From Prorocentrum cordatum (Eukaryota), in the NCBI GenBank assembly GCA_963575745.1, contig CAUYUJ010000020.1, forward strand, positions 1 to 64,000: 64,000 nucleotides of DNA. Direction: 5' to 3'. The notes beneath the pieces were generated by a model that saw only the letters and a list, made by a program, of their open reading frames with translations, searched no databases and was not told where the DNA came from. Position numbers and translations under genes: made by a program. Shown piece after piece: positions 48,917-61,849 of this stretch (positions are counted from its first letter, which is position 1; the number at the start of each line of letters is the position of its first letter).

Positions 48917-49660
48917 TTATTCTCCTTCGGTTTTCCTAAGTACCGCTCTGCTATCCTTAGTACGATCCGGGAGGACGCTAGGCTGTGTGAGCTCCGATCT
49001 GCGCTCCTGGAAGTTCTCGTCTTGGCCCCCTGGGGCCTCTCGAGTTACCGCACCTTCCCGGGGCCCCGATTCGGTCAGCTGTCCTGGACGCGTGGCCCCC
49101 TGGGGTTCTCGCGGGGAAGGAATCGAGCCTGACCCAGGCCCAGAGGATGATGGCGAGGAGACGATGATATACCTAGACATCGTCTCGCTCCTGAAATCTT
49201 GCTCCTCGACCTCCGGATGCTGGCTCAGCACCGAAGGAGGACACTTGAAAACTGCTCCCGGAGTGGGCATTCCGAAATCGTCTAAGCGCATGGTGCGATG
49301 TCCGGTGGGAAGCCGACGCACGTCAGCCTTTACCCCTAGACGCTCGAGTTCGATCTGATTCGTGCTTAGGTCGATTCTCGCCCCTAGCATCTCCTGAAAC
49401 CCTACTGGGAGGAGGGGCGGCACGTCCTCTTTGAGGACGTCCAGCTCGATGACGCCCATCTTTCCTTGGATGCCCGCGGGGATCAGAGCAGTGCTCAAAA
49501 CTGTTGCGCCACCCCCCCGATCCCGCGGGCCGAACGAATACGGGGGGGCACCTGGGGCACTCGCAAGCCTCGCTTGCTCAGAAGCTCACAGCGCCGCTTC
49601 AAAGCAGGCATACCAATCAGTCGTTGACCCGCTGCGGCGTCGACGATCATCTCGCCTGGG
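48917..49660 (-). pseudogene. Copia aspartic protease, frameshifted
   Basis: MIVDAAAGQRLIG (~49612-49650, decayed D-T-A/G motif) and DVPPLLPVGFQEMLGARIDL. Confidence 0.75.
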
Positions 49661-49789
49661 TCGACGCTCATGAGGGTGACTGTGGCGCTGTCGAAGTCCG
49701 GGTCGCGGCTCTGGGTCGGGTCAAGAATGTTCGCATAGACGTAGGCGCTGACATTCGCGGCGGCTGCCGCGGATGCACCGTGGCCATTC

Positions 49790-51312
49790 CGCGCCGGACA
49801 TTCACGAGAACAATGACCCTTCTGATTGCAATTTCTGCACCTCGTCCTTTTGATCAGCTCTGTCAGTGGAAGACGTGATTTCCTCTGTCAAACCTGCCCA
49901 TTGGCAGCGCGATGTCCGCGTGGCTGCCTGTGGGCCGGCTCTGGTTTGTCCTTACTGCGATCGAAGAACTTGCGATCCACCTTCATCTTGCGCTTGAGAT
50001 CCCGGTTCTGCTTCCACGTTTTGCGCCTCTCCTCCTGCATGGTCGCAAACGCTTGCGGAAGCTCGTCGTCGCACAGGCCAGGGCCCTCCAGCGTCACGTA
50101 GACCTGCTGCTCGCCGTCGGTGTCCAACGAGGAGACGTCGTCGTCCTCTAGGGTGGAGTCGACGTCGAGATCGTCCGTCTGTACGGAGTAGGTGGGCTCA
50201 TCCTTGGGGAAACTGCTGTCCGCCATGAACGATCTCTTCTGGAAGGATAGGCGCTCTCGCCGGGTGACGTCCATCTCCCTGATCGCGGCGAGAGCCTCGG
50301 AGTAGGAATCGCAGGTCTTCATCATGACCCTCATCAACTGCTGGCCTCTCTCGTCGAGACCGACGCCCTCTTCCAGGAACATGAACTTCCAGTCATCTGG
50401 GACTGGAAGACCTAGTGTCGCCACCTTGTCGAATGCCAGGTCGATGCGGGCGGCGCACTCGGTGAGTCCTTCTCCCTGCCGTCGTCGGAATGAGAAGAGA
50501 CACTCTCTTCCGGCCTTCCTTTTCTCGTCATCCACCTTCTCGCCTGACAGGAGGTCCAGGCGCTCTATGATTTTGTCGGCGCCGTTGTTGGAAGTGAGAA
50601 CTTCATCCGATAGGTCGTCCATCTTCCTCTGGAGGTCAAGAGGAAGTACCTTGAGAATGCGATCCACATGCTTATGAGCGGGAATGTCTGTGAGCTGGCG
50701 CCAACGTACAAGCTGGCGCCTCCATAGTTTGTACTCGTTCGAACTGCTCCAGGCGCCCGGGCCGGCGAAGTCCTTGCCCCGCTCGCCCCAGCCGCTCCAG
50801 TCCTTCCAGGTGGAGTCGCCCATCCAGCCGTCGTCCCAGCTGTCCCTCCAGCCGGACTTCCACCAGCCGCTCCGGTCGGCGTAGTCCTCGACGCCGTCTG
50901 AGGCGTCTCGCTCTCCGGTGCGCCTCTGGCTCCAGGGATCTCCACGCTGCCACGGATTTTCGTCTTGATCTGGCGCTGCCCCACTGGCCCGTCCTTCGCC
51001 TGCTATGTCGGTTGCCCGACCTGCTCGGCTGGACCCATGGACCTGGTCTCGCACCATCATGATCACCCTCTGCAGCTGCTGCGGCGATATTCCTGTGGCC
51101 GGGTCTGGCCTGGCAGGTGGCGGCGCCTCTGGTGGTGCCGGCCTCGCCGCTGTAGCAACTCCATCCAGCAGCGCTCTGAGCTGCTCCTCCGAAAGGCGAA
51201 ACTGGCCATCCTCATCTGCCCATTGTCTTGCTGTTCCCAAGGCTGCAACGATCGGCCCCTGGCCTGCTGAGGCCGAGCTGTGAGGTGAATTAGCACCCTG
51301 CTCCTGAGACAT
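49790..51312 (-). pseudogene. Copia gag with CCHC zinc knuckle
   Basis: Long ORF after the PBS (YKLWRRQLVRWRQLT, FRRRQGE); CRNCNQKGHCSREC at ~49797-49840, beyond a TGA at 49888. Confidence 0.8.
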
Positions 51313-51345
51313 CGTCGGGTCCGCAGAACCGAGCCTCCGCAGAGG

Positions 51346-51356
51346 CTCCGCTACCA
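51346..51356 (-). promoter_or_regulatory. Primer-binding site, initiator-Met tRNA type
   Basis: TGGTAGCGGAG, 1 nt inside the 5' LTR end; compare the Ty1 PBS TGGTAGCG. Confidence 0.8.
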
Positions 51357-51357
51357 C

Positions 51358-51681
51358 TGTCTCCCCACCGATGCTGTCCCCAGATGACAGAGTGTCCCCT
51401 TTTGTTATCTGGCCTGCTCGGTCTCAGTCCCAGTGCGATCTCCGATCGCGCTGCACACGCACTCTGGCACTCGTAGTAGTCGGAGAAAGGAAGGGATGGG
51501 TCTTGGAATGGAATGAGTAGTGAGCGACGGAGGATTAACAACAAGTGAGTAGAAGAAGTATGGCCTTGAGCCAAGATGGTTACGGAGGGGGCCCAGTTCC
51601 CGATCATATGGTTCAAGCCCAGGGGAAAGGGTGAGGGCTACTCTCCTCACCCGATCAATGAGCTAGAGGCGCTCATTCCCA
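51358..51681 (-). repeat. 5' LTR of Copia #2, containing a DinoSL-like copy at 51565-51586
   Basis: Direct repeat of 41179-41502; SL-like TCCGTAACCATCTTGGCTCAAG (20/22). Confidence 0.95.
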
Positions 51682-52800
51682 CACATCTCTTAACTGCAGG
51701 CTTCCAGGGTGTTCGCTGGCGGTGGGGTCTCCAGGGAGGCTGGCCGCAATACTGCCTCTGTCGTTGGCCCTGCAGTATGGGCATCGGATGGGCGTGGTGT
51801 TTCCTCCTTCCCAAAGCAGTTGCGGTTGGCTTTGTCTCCATTGCTCTAGGCAGTGCCTGTGGAACCTGTGCCCGCAGAGGATTAACACCTCGACTGTACC
51901 GCTCAGGTCTCCACTGCAGATGGAGCAGAGTTGCGGTCCATCCCCGGCGTCCCACGTTGGCATGGGTTCGGGTGCACCCGCCCTCATCACACGCTCGGCG
52001 TCGCCTGGGGGTTCCGCGACGTTCGCGATGGAGGCTTCCAGACTCTCGATGAGGAGGCGGGTCATGGAGGAGGCCTCTTCCTCGGTGTGGCACGCCCTGA
52101 GGCCAGCGCTTCGGATGAGGAGACGCACCTGCTCGTTTTCGAAGGGGGTGTATAGGATGGGGTTTCGCACGCCCCCTCGCGGAGGATGTCCCCAATGTCG
52201 TTGGGGGTATGGATGCCAGCAAGTTGCATCTATCTGGTGAGGACTTCGTATGGTCTGGCGTCGATTCCTCGGACACGTCGGACTGGTCGAAGGAGGGGGA
52301 TGTAGTGTGGCGCGAGGCATAGCCAGATGGCTCTGGCGATCCAGCTTCCTGGTTCGAGCTGTGGCTGCGCCTCCCTCAGCAAGCCTTCTGCCACGAGCTG
52401 CGCGTCGGTTCCACTGATGGAGCTTCGGTCGATGCTGTTGGGTTGCCTCGGCCTGCCGTTGGCCTCTTCGTCTCTTTGTGTAGCGTCCAGGTCTTGTATC
52501 ACTGCCTTCAGGATGTCGCCCCTAAGACGGCTTCTGAAGGCCAAGAGGTCACCTAGACGCCCCAAGAGAGTTCCATTAGGGCGCGATGGACCGAAGACCG
52601 AAGCGTTGCCCTCCAACTACCAAGCGAATGCTTCCACCAACGCGAGTTTCACACGACAACTTGGGGACATGACCACAACCTAACAACTTCCATATCCCCA
52701 CGATGGCACGGGCAAGTGACAACCATAATGCAGGATGGGCCCGCAGAACGAGCGAAGCATTTGAATAAGCTCTTCGGGGCTCAGGCCCCAAACTCACTGT
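51682..52800 (-). pseudogene. 5' part of the giant element's first ORF, with a RING-H2 finger (51772-51927)
   Basis: CSIC-x12-CGHRFHRHC-x20-CPYC (C3H2C3); upstream abutting ORFs 52230..52616 and 52576..52797; cut by Copia #2. Confidence 0.8.
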
Positions 52801-53218
52801 CCTATGATGCGCTCGTTGGAGTCATCGGAGCTTCTCGTACGGCTTTTCCCGAGGCCATGCGGGTGCTGCTGGGAGCCTAAAACTCCAGCACGCCCGGGCT
52901 CTCTCGGGGACCCATTGGGCCGTCCTGGACGCGGCCCGGAGGGGGGGGGGTCCGGCCAGGGGCACCAGAAACGTTGGGACGGCCCCTGGGGGGGCCAGAA
53001 TCCTTGGAAAGGCCCCCTGCGTTGCCCCCCTGCCGGTACCCTTGGAAAGCCCAGCCGACGGGCCTGGCCGACGGGCCCCGCCAAGGGCCTGCAGCCGAGG
53101 GCGGGCCCGCTGCCAGGGCCAAGGCCGAGGGCAAGCCCAGGGCTGGGCGGACGTCGCCGCCAGCGTCGAACGAATGGTGGTTAGCGTTGCAAAATCCGTC
53201 CGCATAACTAATTGTTCT

Positions 53219-53470
<252 letters not shown>

Positions 53471-54007
53471 TCACGTCGAAAGCACGAATTTCCCGCCGCC
53501 GAGGGCCCGCCGAGGGCCCTGGCCGAGGGCCCTGCCCGAGGGCCCTGCCCGAGGGCGGCGGCGCCTGCCCGACGGGCGGCTGCTGCTGCCCGGAGGCCGC
53601 GGCAAGCGCGAGCGCGGCCGCCAGGCGCGGCCCTCGCATTCTCCCTGTGGGCCGTGGGTCGGCGAGGCCGTCGCCGTCGTCGTCGCCGCCGTCGTCGTCG
53701 CCGCCGCCAGGGGCGCCCCCTGGCGGCCCCATGGCCTATCGGCAATCAATGGGCGATTGGAGGTCGATGCACCCCCCCCCCCCTATGCCTTTCCCCCCCC
53801 TGCGGCCATCGGGCGCCTATCGGCAGTAAATGGGCGATTGGGGGTCGATACATCCCCTATATTCCTAGACTCCCCTATTTACCTAACAGCGAAGACTGAC
53901 AGGTCTCTAATGGGGTCAAAAGAAGACATCTGATGACTCCCCAAGGGGGTCTGGGCGGGAGCCGGACAAGCGAGGGTCGGGCTCGTTTTAAGCAAACAGT
54001 CACACAC

Positions 54008-54372
54008 ACTTCGTGCTCTTCGACCTCCCAGAACTCCATTCCCGGGCCACATTTTGAATGCCCGGAGCCAACTGTAGGCCACTTCGTGCTCTTCGACTTC
54101 CCAGAACTCCATTCCCGGGCCACATTTTGAATGCCCGGAGCCAACTGTAGGCCACTTCGTGCTCTTCGACTTCTTCCCAGAACTCCATTCCCGGGCCACA
54201 TTTTGGATGCCAGGAGCCAACTGTAGGCCACTTCGTGCTCTTGGACTTCCCAGAACACCATTCCCGGGCCACATTTTGAATGCCTGGAGCCAAGTGTAGG
54301 CCACTTCGTGCTCTTCCACTTCCCAGAACTCCACTCCCGGGCCACATTTTGAATGCCCGGAGCCAACTGTAC
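54008..54372. repeat. 73-bp tandem satellite A, 5 copies
   Basis: ACTTCGTGCTC starts at 54008, 54081, 54154, 54230, 54303. Confidence 0.92.
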
Positions 54373-54718
54373 GCCAACTGCTCCCATCATTCCTACTCGT
54401 TCACTCCACACACTACAACTACTACTTCACTGTTACCACTACTACCATCACTACTACTTCTACTGCTACTACTACTGTTACTATTACTGCTGCTGCTGCT
54501 GCTGTTGCTGCTGCTAGTGTACCTATTGCTACTGCAACTACTGGCAGTGCCACTGCGACTGCCGCTGATGTTGCCACTGCGACTGCCACTGCGAATCCGA
54601 ATGCGACTGCGAGAACACCAGAATTCTACAACAGCACTCTTACATGAATACCACAGGCAATGTTTCCAGCTATGCTTCTACACATCGCTGTTAGGTTGCT
54701 TTGCCGGGATAATTTTAT

Positions 54719-54862
54719 GTCGGGCGTGTCCCCCTACAGGGCGATTTTCAACGAAAAAATAATACCCCAAAAATACCCAAAAAAAAAAAAAAAAAATACT
54801 CATATGTTTGAAGTCTGTTTTATTTCTCGTGGAGAATCCCCCTGTAGGGGGGCAGGCCCGAC
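54719..54862. mobile_element. MITE-like 144-bp fold-back
   Basis: About 42-bp imperfect inverted repeats, 54719-54761 and 54821-54862. Confidence 0.5.
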
Positions 54863-55102
54863 TTAACCCCCTTATTTTTGTCCCCAACGAGGCCTCCGAA
54901 AAAGTGGCGCGAAAAAAGCCCCAGGAGAAGCAGGCGGGCCTCGGAGCGACCCTCCGGGGGGGTCGGCGGGCCTCTGCGGACCGGGCAGCGACACGCAGGA
55001 CGCGTCGTCAGTCGTCTTGCGTCGTTCGTCGTCCGTCGTCCGTCGTCTGTCGTCCGTCGTCCGTCGTCCGTCGACCGTCGATCGTCGATCGTCGATAGTC
55101 GA

Positions 55103-55158
<56 letters not shown>

Positions 55159-55814
55159 CGTCGTCGTCGTCGTCGTCATCGTCGCCGTCGTCGTCGTCGT
55201 CGTCGTCGTCCGTCGTCGTCGTCGTCGTAGTCGTCGCCGTCGTCGTCGTCGTTGTCGTCGTCGTCGTCCGTAGTCGTCGTCGTCGTCATCAGTGGTCGTC
55301 AGTGGTCGTCAGTGGTCGTCATTGGTCGTCGGTCGTCCTCGTCGTCCTCGTCGTCCTCGTCGTCCTCGTTTTAGAAAGAGAGAAAGGAAGAATGCAGGGA
55401 GGGGAGGAGAGAGCGAGGGAGGAAGAGAGGAGGGGAGCAGGAAAGGAGGGGAAAGGGCAGGCGGTGGACGACGAAGGAAGGACAGGAGGAGGAGGAGGAG
55501 GAGGAGCAGGGCGAGAAGGAGGAGGAAGAGGAAGAGGACGAGGAAAACGGGAAATGGAAAGGAGGGAGAGGAGGAGGGGAGGGGTATATAGAGGGAGAAA
55601 GGGGGAGGGAGGGGTGGCAGGCAGGAAGGAGAGGGAGAGGAAGGACTGGGCGGAAGGAGGCCGCTGCCCGTTGTTGCGGGCACCGACACCTGGGGGACGC
55701 ACGTGCCCAAGGCGCACCACCTGTGTCCAGCGCAAACGTATGGCGAGCTCCAGCGCCCACTGGCTCCCTCTCCGCCCCGCCCGAGCTTCTCCTCTCCTCC
55801 CTGGCGCCCCTCCC

Positions 55815-56560
<746 letters not shown>

Positions 56561-56720
56561 CTTATTTTTCTTCGTAGTATTAGTATTATTATTAGTAGTA
56601 GTATTAGTATTATTTATAATAGTAATAAGATCGTTACTAACAATACTAGTTTTACCATTATTATGATGATTAGTATTGGTACTATTATTAGTAATCTGAT
56701 TAGTACTATCAGTAGTATTA

Positions 56721-57737
56721 ATAATCCGCCGGCCCCCTTGTGGGGCCACCAGGCTGTAGGCACGTGATTCGCAGTTTCCTGTACCAGTCGTAGTTTGTAG
56801 TTTCCAGTGTTACAGTTCTGCTTCTTGCTGGTTACTGGAACTAGTTGATTGGCCGCGCGAGGGGGGGGGAGGCCCAAACGGGATTTTTAGCGTCTCCTGG
56901 GCGCGTTGTCTGAATTGCTGGGGGGGCTCGAAATCGACACCCCTCACACAGATCCGCGGGGTCAGGGTCCAAAAACACAAGGGATTTGCCACATTTCTGA
57001 AATTCGGTACCACCCCTCACGCAGATCCGCGAGGTCAGGGTCCAAAAACACAGGGGATTTGCCACATTTCTGAAATTCGGTGCCACCCCTCACGCAGATC
57101 CGCGGGGTCAGGGTCCAAAAACACAGGGGATTTGCCACATTTCTGAAATTCGGTGCCACCCCTCACGCAGATCCGCGGGGTCAGGGTCCAAAAACACATT
57201 GGATTTGCGACATTTCTGAAATTCGGTGCCACCCCTCACGCAGATCCGCGGGGTCAGGGTCCAAAAACACGCGGGATTTGTTACATTTCTGAAATTCGGT
57301 GCCACCCCTCACGCAGATCCGCGGGGTCAGGGTCCAAAAACACAGGGGATTTGCCACATTTCTGAAATGCGGCGCCACCCCTTACGCAGATCCGCGGGGT
57401 CAGGGTCCAAAAACACATGGGATTTGGCACATTTCTGAAATTCGGTGCCACCCTTCACGCACATCCATCGCAAGGCGTGGTGACCCAAACTGCGAGAACT
57501 CCCTCGGCCCTTTAATCGCAAGGTGTGGTAACCAAGCCCGTAAACCATACACGTCTTACCAATCGCCAGGTGTGGTAACCCCTCTTGTGATCAGTTGGTT
57601 TTGCTGATTGCGAATCGGCTTCGCATGAAGTTTCGATACTGCTTCACGACAGCGCCAAGGCCTCATGACTTAGCTCTTCCATGGCCCATTCTCCGAGAGA
57701 GGGGGCCGGCGACAGGGGGCGAAGCCCTTACGGATAG
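56721..57737 (+). mobile_element. Non-autonomous Helentron/HINE-like element carrying satellite B
   Basis: Subterminal inverted repeat CGCCGGCCCCCT (56727-56738 / 57700-57711), then hairpin GGGC-GAA-GCCC; inserted in AT-rich low-complexity DNA. Confidence 0.55.
56938..57460. repeat. 73-bp tandem satellite B, about 7 copies
   Basis: CACCCCTCACGCAGATCCGCGGGGTCAGGGTCCAAAAACAC... repeated with period 73. Confidence 0.95.
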
Positions 57738-57739
57738 TC

Positions 57740-58398
57740 TTAGTATGATCATTAGTATTATTATCCATAATAGTATTATTATGAATGTGATTGTTATTAT
57801 TGTTCACTAGTAGATTATTAGTGTTATTATTGCTAGTATTAGTATCAATATTAGTATTAATACTTTTATTATTAGCAGCATTCGTAGTAGCACTATTATC
57901 ATTAATACTATTAGTAGTAGTATGCTATTACAACCAGTATCAGTATTCGTATTAGTATTGGTATGATTATGATTATTAGGATTAGAAATAGTGCTAGCAT
58001 TCATAGTAGCATTGATTATATTAGTTGTTATTATTAGTAAGAGTAGTATTTGCATTCGTGGTATAGTTATCATTCGTATTATTAGTACGATTAGTGTTAC
58101 GAGTATTAGAAATACCATTGTTAGTATAAGTATGAGTGATATTTGTCTTAATATAATTATTAGTATTCGTATTCTTCATATTAGTATTGACATCACCATT
58201 CGCATTTATGTATTATTATGATTATTAATATTCATAGTTCTTATTATGACTACCATGTTCATAATATTTCTATTATTAGTAGCATCATCCGTATTACGAT
58301 TAGCAAGATGATTAGTCTTATCAATATTACTATTAGTATTACCATTAGTAGTACTACTAATATGATTATGATTACTACTATTACTACTATTACTATTA

Positions 58399-58489
<91 letters not shown>

Positions 58490-58499
58490 CACTACTACA

Positions 58500-58533
<34 letters not shown>

Positions 58534-58534
58534 G

Positions 58535-58569
<35 letters not shown>

Positions 58570-58574
58570 ACTAT

Positions 58575-58633
<59 letters not shown>

Positions 58634-59762
58634 TACTATTATGTTTATTCTCCTCCTCCTCCTCCTCCTCCTCCACCTCCTCCTCCTCATCCTCCTCCGC
58701 CTTCTCCTCCTCCTCTCTCCCCTCCTCCTCCTCCTCCTGCTCCTCTCCTCCTCCTCCTCCCTCCTCCCTCCTCCTCTCCTCCTCCTCCTCCTCCTCCTCC
58801 TCCCCTCCCTCCTCTCCCTCCCTCCTCCCTCCCTCCTCTCTCCTCCCTCCCTCCTTCTCTCCCTCCCTCCTTCCCTCCCTCCCTCCCCTCCCTCCTCCTC
58901 CCCCCCCCCCCCCCCCTCCTCCATGGACGAAAACTTATTCCGCTCTGCAGCGACTTTCGCTGTGTCGAAACGACTGAATTCAGGGCTCTGCTTGTTTCAG
59001 CACGCAGGCAAATTCCATAGCTTCTCTTACTCCTGGATACTTAAGCCCGGTTTCCTACCAGAGCTATGCTCGAACAACTAATCTCGCTCTCCTATTGTTC
59101 TGCTGCGTCGTGCGGTATTTCTGCTAATTTTCGATATTTAGAGCAGCTGCAAAGCTCCTGATTGCATTAACTGATTCGGCAACCTCGGACGCAACAGCCT
59201 GCCTGCAGTCTCGATGTTTCGAATCAACGCTATTATGTAAAGGTTTCTGTGCTCGGACAGAAGCTCTACGTGTCCTCCCGGTAACTTTCGTTGACGGTTT
59301 ACCACCGGCTCCCAGTTGTGAGTTCTATCTTTACAGATATACATGTAATCGGCCCACCGAGTATGTGTGATGCCATAGTGACCAAGCAGAATCGTTTCGA
59401 GCCCCTCCTCCTCCTCATCATCATCAGCAACAGCAGCATCATCATCATCATCCACGTCCTCCTCCTCTTCTTCATAGTATTAGCATCATTCATAGAATTA
59501 TTAATATTAGTATTCTTCCTATTCTTCCGATTACTACTATTTTTATTGTAGTTATTATGCTTATTCTGCTTGTTATGAGTATTAGTATTATTATTCCTCC
59601 TCCTCCTCCTTCCTCCTTCCTCCTTCCTCCTTCCTCCTTCCTCTTTCCACCTTCCTCCTTCCTCCCTCCTCCCTCCTTTCTCCTTCCTCCTTCCTCCTTC
59701 CTCCATCCTCCTTCCTCCTTCCTCCTTCCTCATTCCTCCTTCCTCCTCCTATTCCTCGTACG

Positions 59763-59842
<80 letters not shown>

Positions 59843-59979
59843 CTAGACTACTACTACTACTACTACTACTACACTACTTACTACTACTACTACTGCTACT
59901 ACTACGACTACTACTACTAACTACTACTACTACTACTGCTACTACTACTACTAATACTACTACTACCTACTAACTCCTA

Positions 59980-60022
<43 letters not shown>

Positions 60023-60300
60023 TACTACTACTACTACGAACTATATACGACTGATACGACTACTAGTTACCTACTACTACTAACTACTACTAACTACTAC
60101 TCTCTAACTACTACTACTACTACTACTACTACTACTGCTACTATACTCCTACTACGACTAATACTACGACTAAGAACTAACTCACTACTACGACTACACT
60201 ACTACGACTATAGCGACCAGCGACTACTGCACTACGACTACGACTACGACTACGACTAACTCTACTACTACCACGACTACTACTACTACTACTGCTACTA

Positions 60301-60373
<73 letters not shown>

Positions 60374-60637
60374 ATACTACGTAGTCATCTTCTTATTCTT
60401 CTTCTTCTTCCACTACTACTATTACTACTACTACTACTACTACGACTACTACTACTACTACTACTACTACTATGCAGTATCCTCCATATTCTTATGATTA
60501 TTGGTTATATTCGTAGTATTAAAATGTATCGTCTTCTTCTTCTACTACTACTACTACTACTACTACTAATACTGCTGCTACTACTACTACTACTACTACT
60601 ACTGATACTATTACTAATACTACTACTACTACTACTA
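57740..60637. repeat. Low-complexity block: degenerate (TAG/TAT)n, (TAC)n and (CCT)n, with a short unique island at 58923-59400
   Basis: Directly visible. Confidence 0.85.
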
Positions 60638-60737
60638 NNNNNNNNNNNNNNNNNNNNNNNNNNNNNNNNNNNNNNNNNNNNNNNNNNNNNNNNNNNNNNN
60701 NNNNNNNNNNNNNNNNNNNNNNNNNNNNNNNNNNNNN
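60638..60737. other. Assembly gap (100 N)
   Basis: Run of N. Confidence 0.99.
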
Positions 60738-61247
60738 GGACGAGGAGGAGGACGAGGAGGAGGAGGACGAAAGGGAGGATAAGGCGGAGGAAGGGGGGGG
60801 AGGAGGAAGAGGAGGAGGAGGAGGAACAGTAGGAGGAGCAGGAGGAGGAGGAGGTGGAGGAGGAGGAGGAGGAGGAAGGGGAGAGGAGGAGGACGAGGAG
60901 GTGGAGGAAGAGGAAGAGGAAGAGGAGGAGGAAGAGGAAGAGGAGGAGGAAGAGGAGGGGGAAGAGGAGAAGGGGAGGCGGAGGCGAGCCGGCCGATTGG
61001 CCAGCCCACACCCCCGACGTCGGGGGTGACCCGGAGGAGGGGGGACACGAGTTCGATCCGCTGGTGCATCGAACTGCCGCAAACAGGTGCCCCCGCATCC
61101 CCCACCTGTTGGCACCTAAAAGGGAACTGCCAATGGCTGGGGGGCATCTGTCTTGGGCGGCTCGGTGCAAACACCGATCGAACTCACACATTATTGTTGC
61201 GTCGGCGGCTGGGCAGAGGGTGACTGGTCTGGCGATCAAGGGGCGCA

Positions 61248-61476
<229 letters not shown>

Positions 61477-61849
61477 CTGGGGCACACACACCCCATTTGC
61501 GGGATCCCGACCTTCGCCCGTCGCCACCGCGGAGGCTCACCTCGGGGGGAGGCGGGCGCGAAGGACGGGGACATTTATTTTCCGGGAATGAATATATAAT
61601 AAGAATCAACATACCGGACCAAAGGACACGGGATCCGCGGGGCACCGCACGTGAAGCATCATGCAATCAACGGAACTGTGCACATGCTTACTAAAGCTAT
61701 GATTATACGGGGGAGGGGGGGTCTTCCCAAGACAGATGGGGGAAGAAGGACGAAGGAGGCACGAGGAAGGGTGAGGAGGGGAGATAGGACGGGATGCCGT
61801 CGCTTCCGACATTTGGGGCTCAAGAGGAACATGTATCGGCCTGCGTAAA

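Larger units (their letters stand above)
41179..51681 (-). mobile_element. Full-length Ty1/Copia LTR retrotransposon #2 (10,503 bp), decayed
   Basis: Two 324-bp LTRs with TG...CA ends, a PBS, order gag-ZnK-PR-(extra domains)-INT-RT-RH, and flanks CCCATC (41173-41178) / CACATC (51682-51687). Confidence 0.95.
18857..53218 (-). mobile_element. Putative giant LINE-like retroelement (~24 kb net), interrupted by Copia #2
   Basis: Continuous, almost microsatellite-free, same-strand coding run: RING - unknown - DNMT - APE - RT - ZnF - RNase H - SF1 helicase - Cys-rich. Bounded by (TCG)n at 53219 and a CCAAGA repeat at ~18850. Ends are approximate. Confidence 0.65.

Noticed and set aside
56938..57460. 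CRISPR-like or tRNA-like array (73-bp period)
   Set aside because: Whole units are near-identical with no unique spacers, no cas genes are present, and no cloverleaf or T-loop consensus is visible. The same applies to 54008-54372 and 61850-62826.
58923..59400. Unique island as a host exon
   Set aside because: No recognisable protein motif or convincing splice-site pair; cannot be supported.
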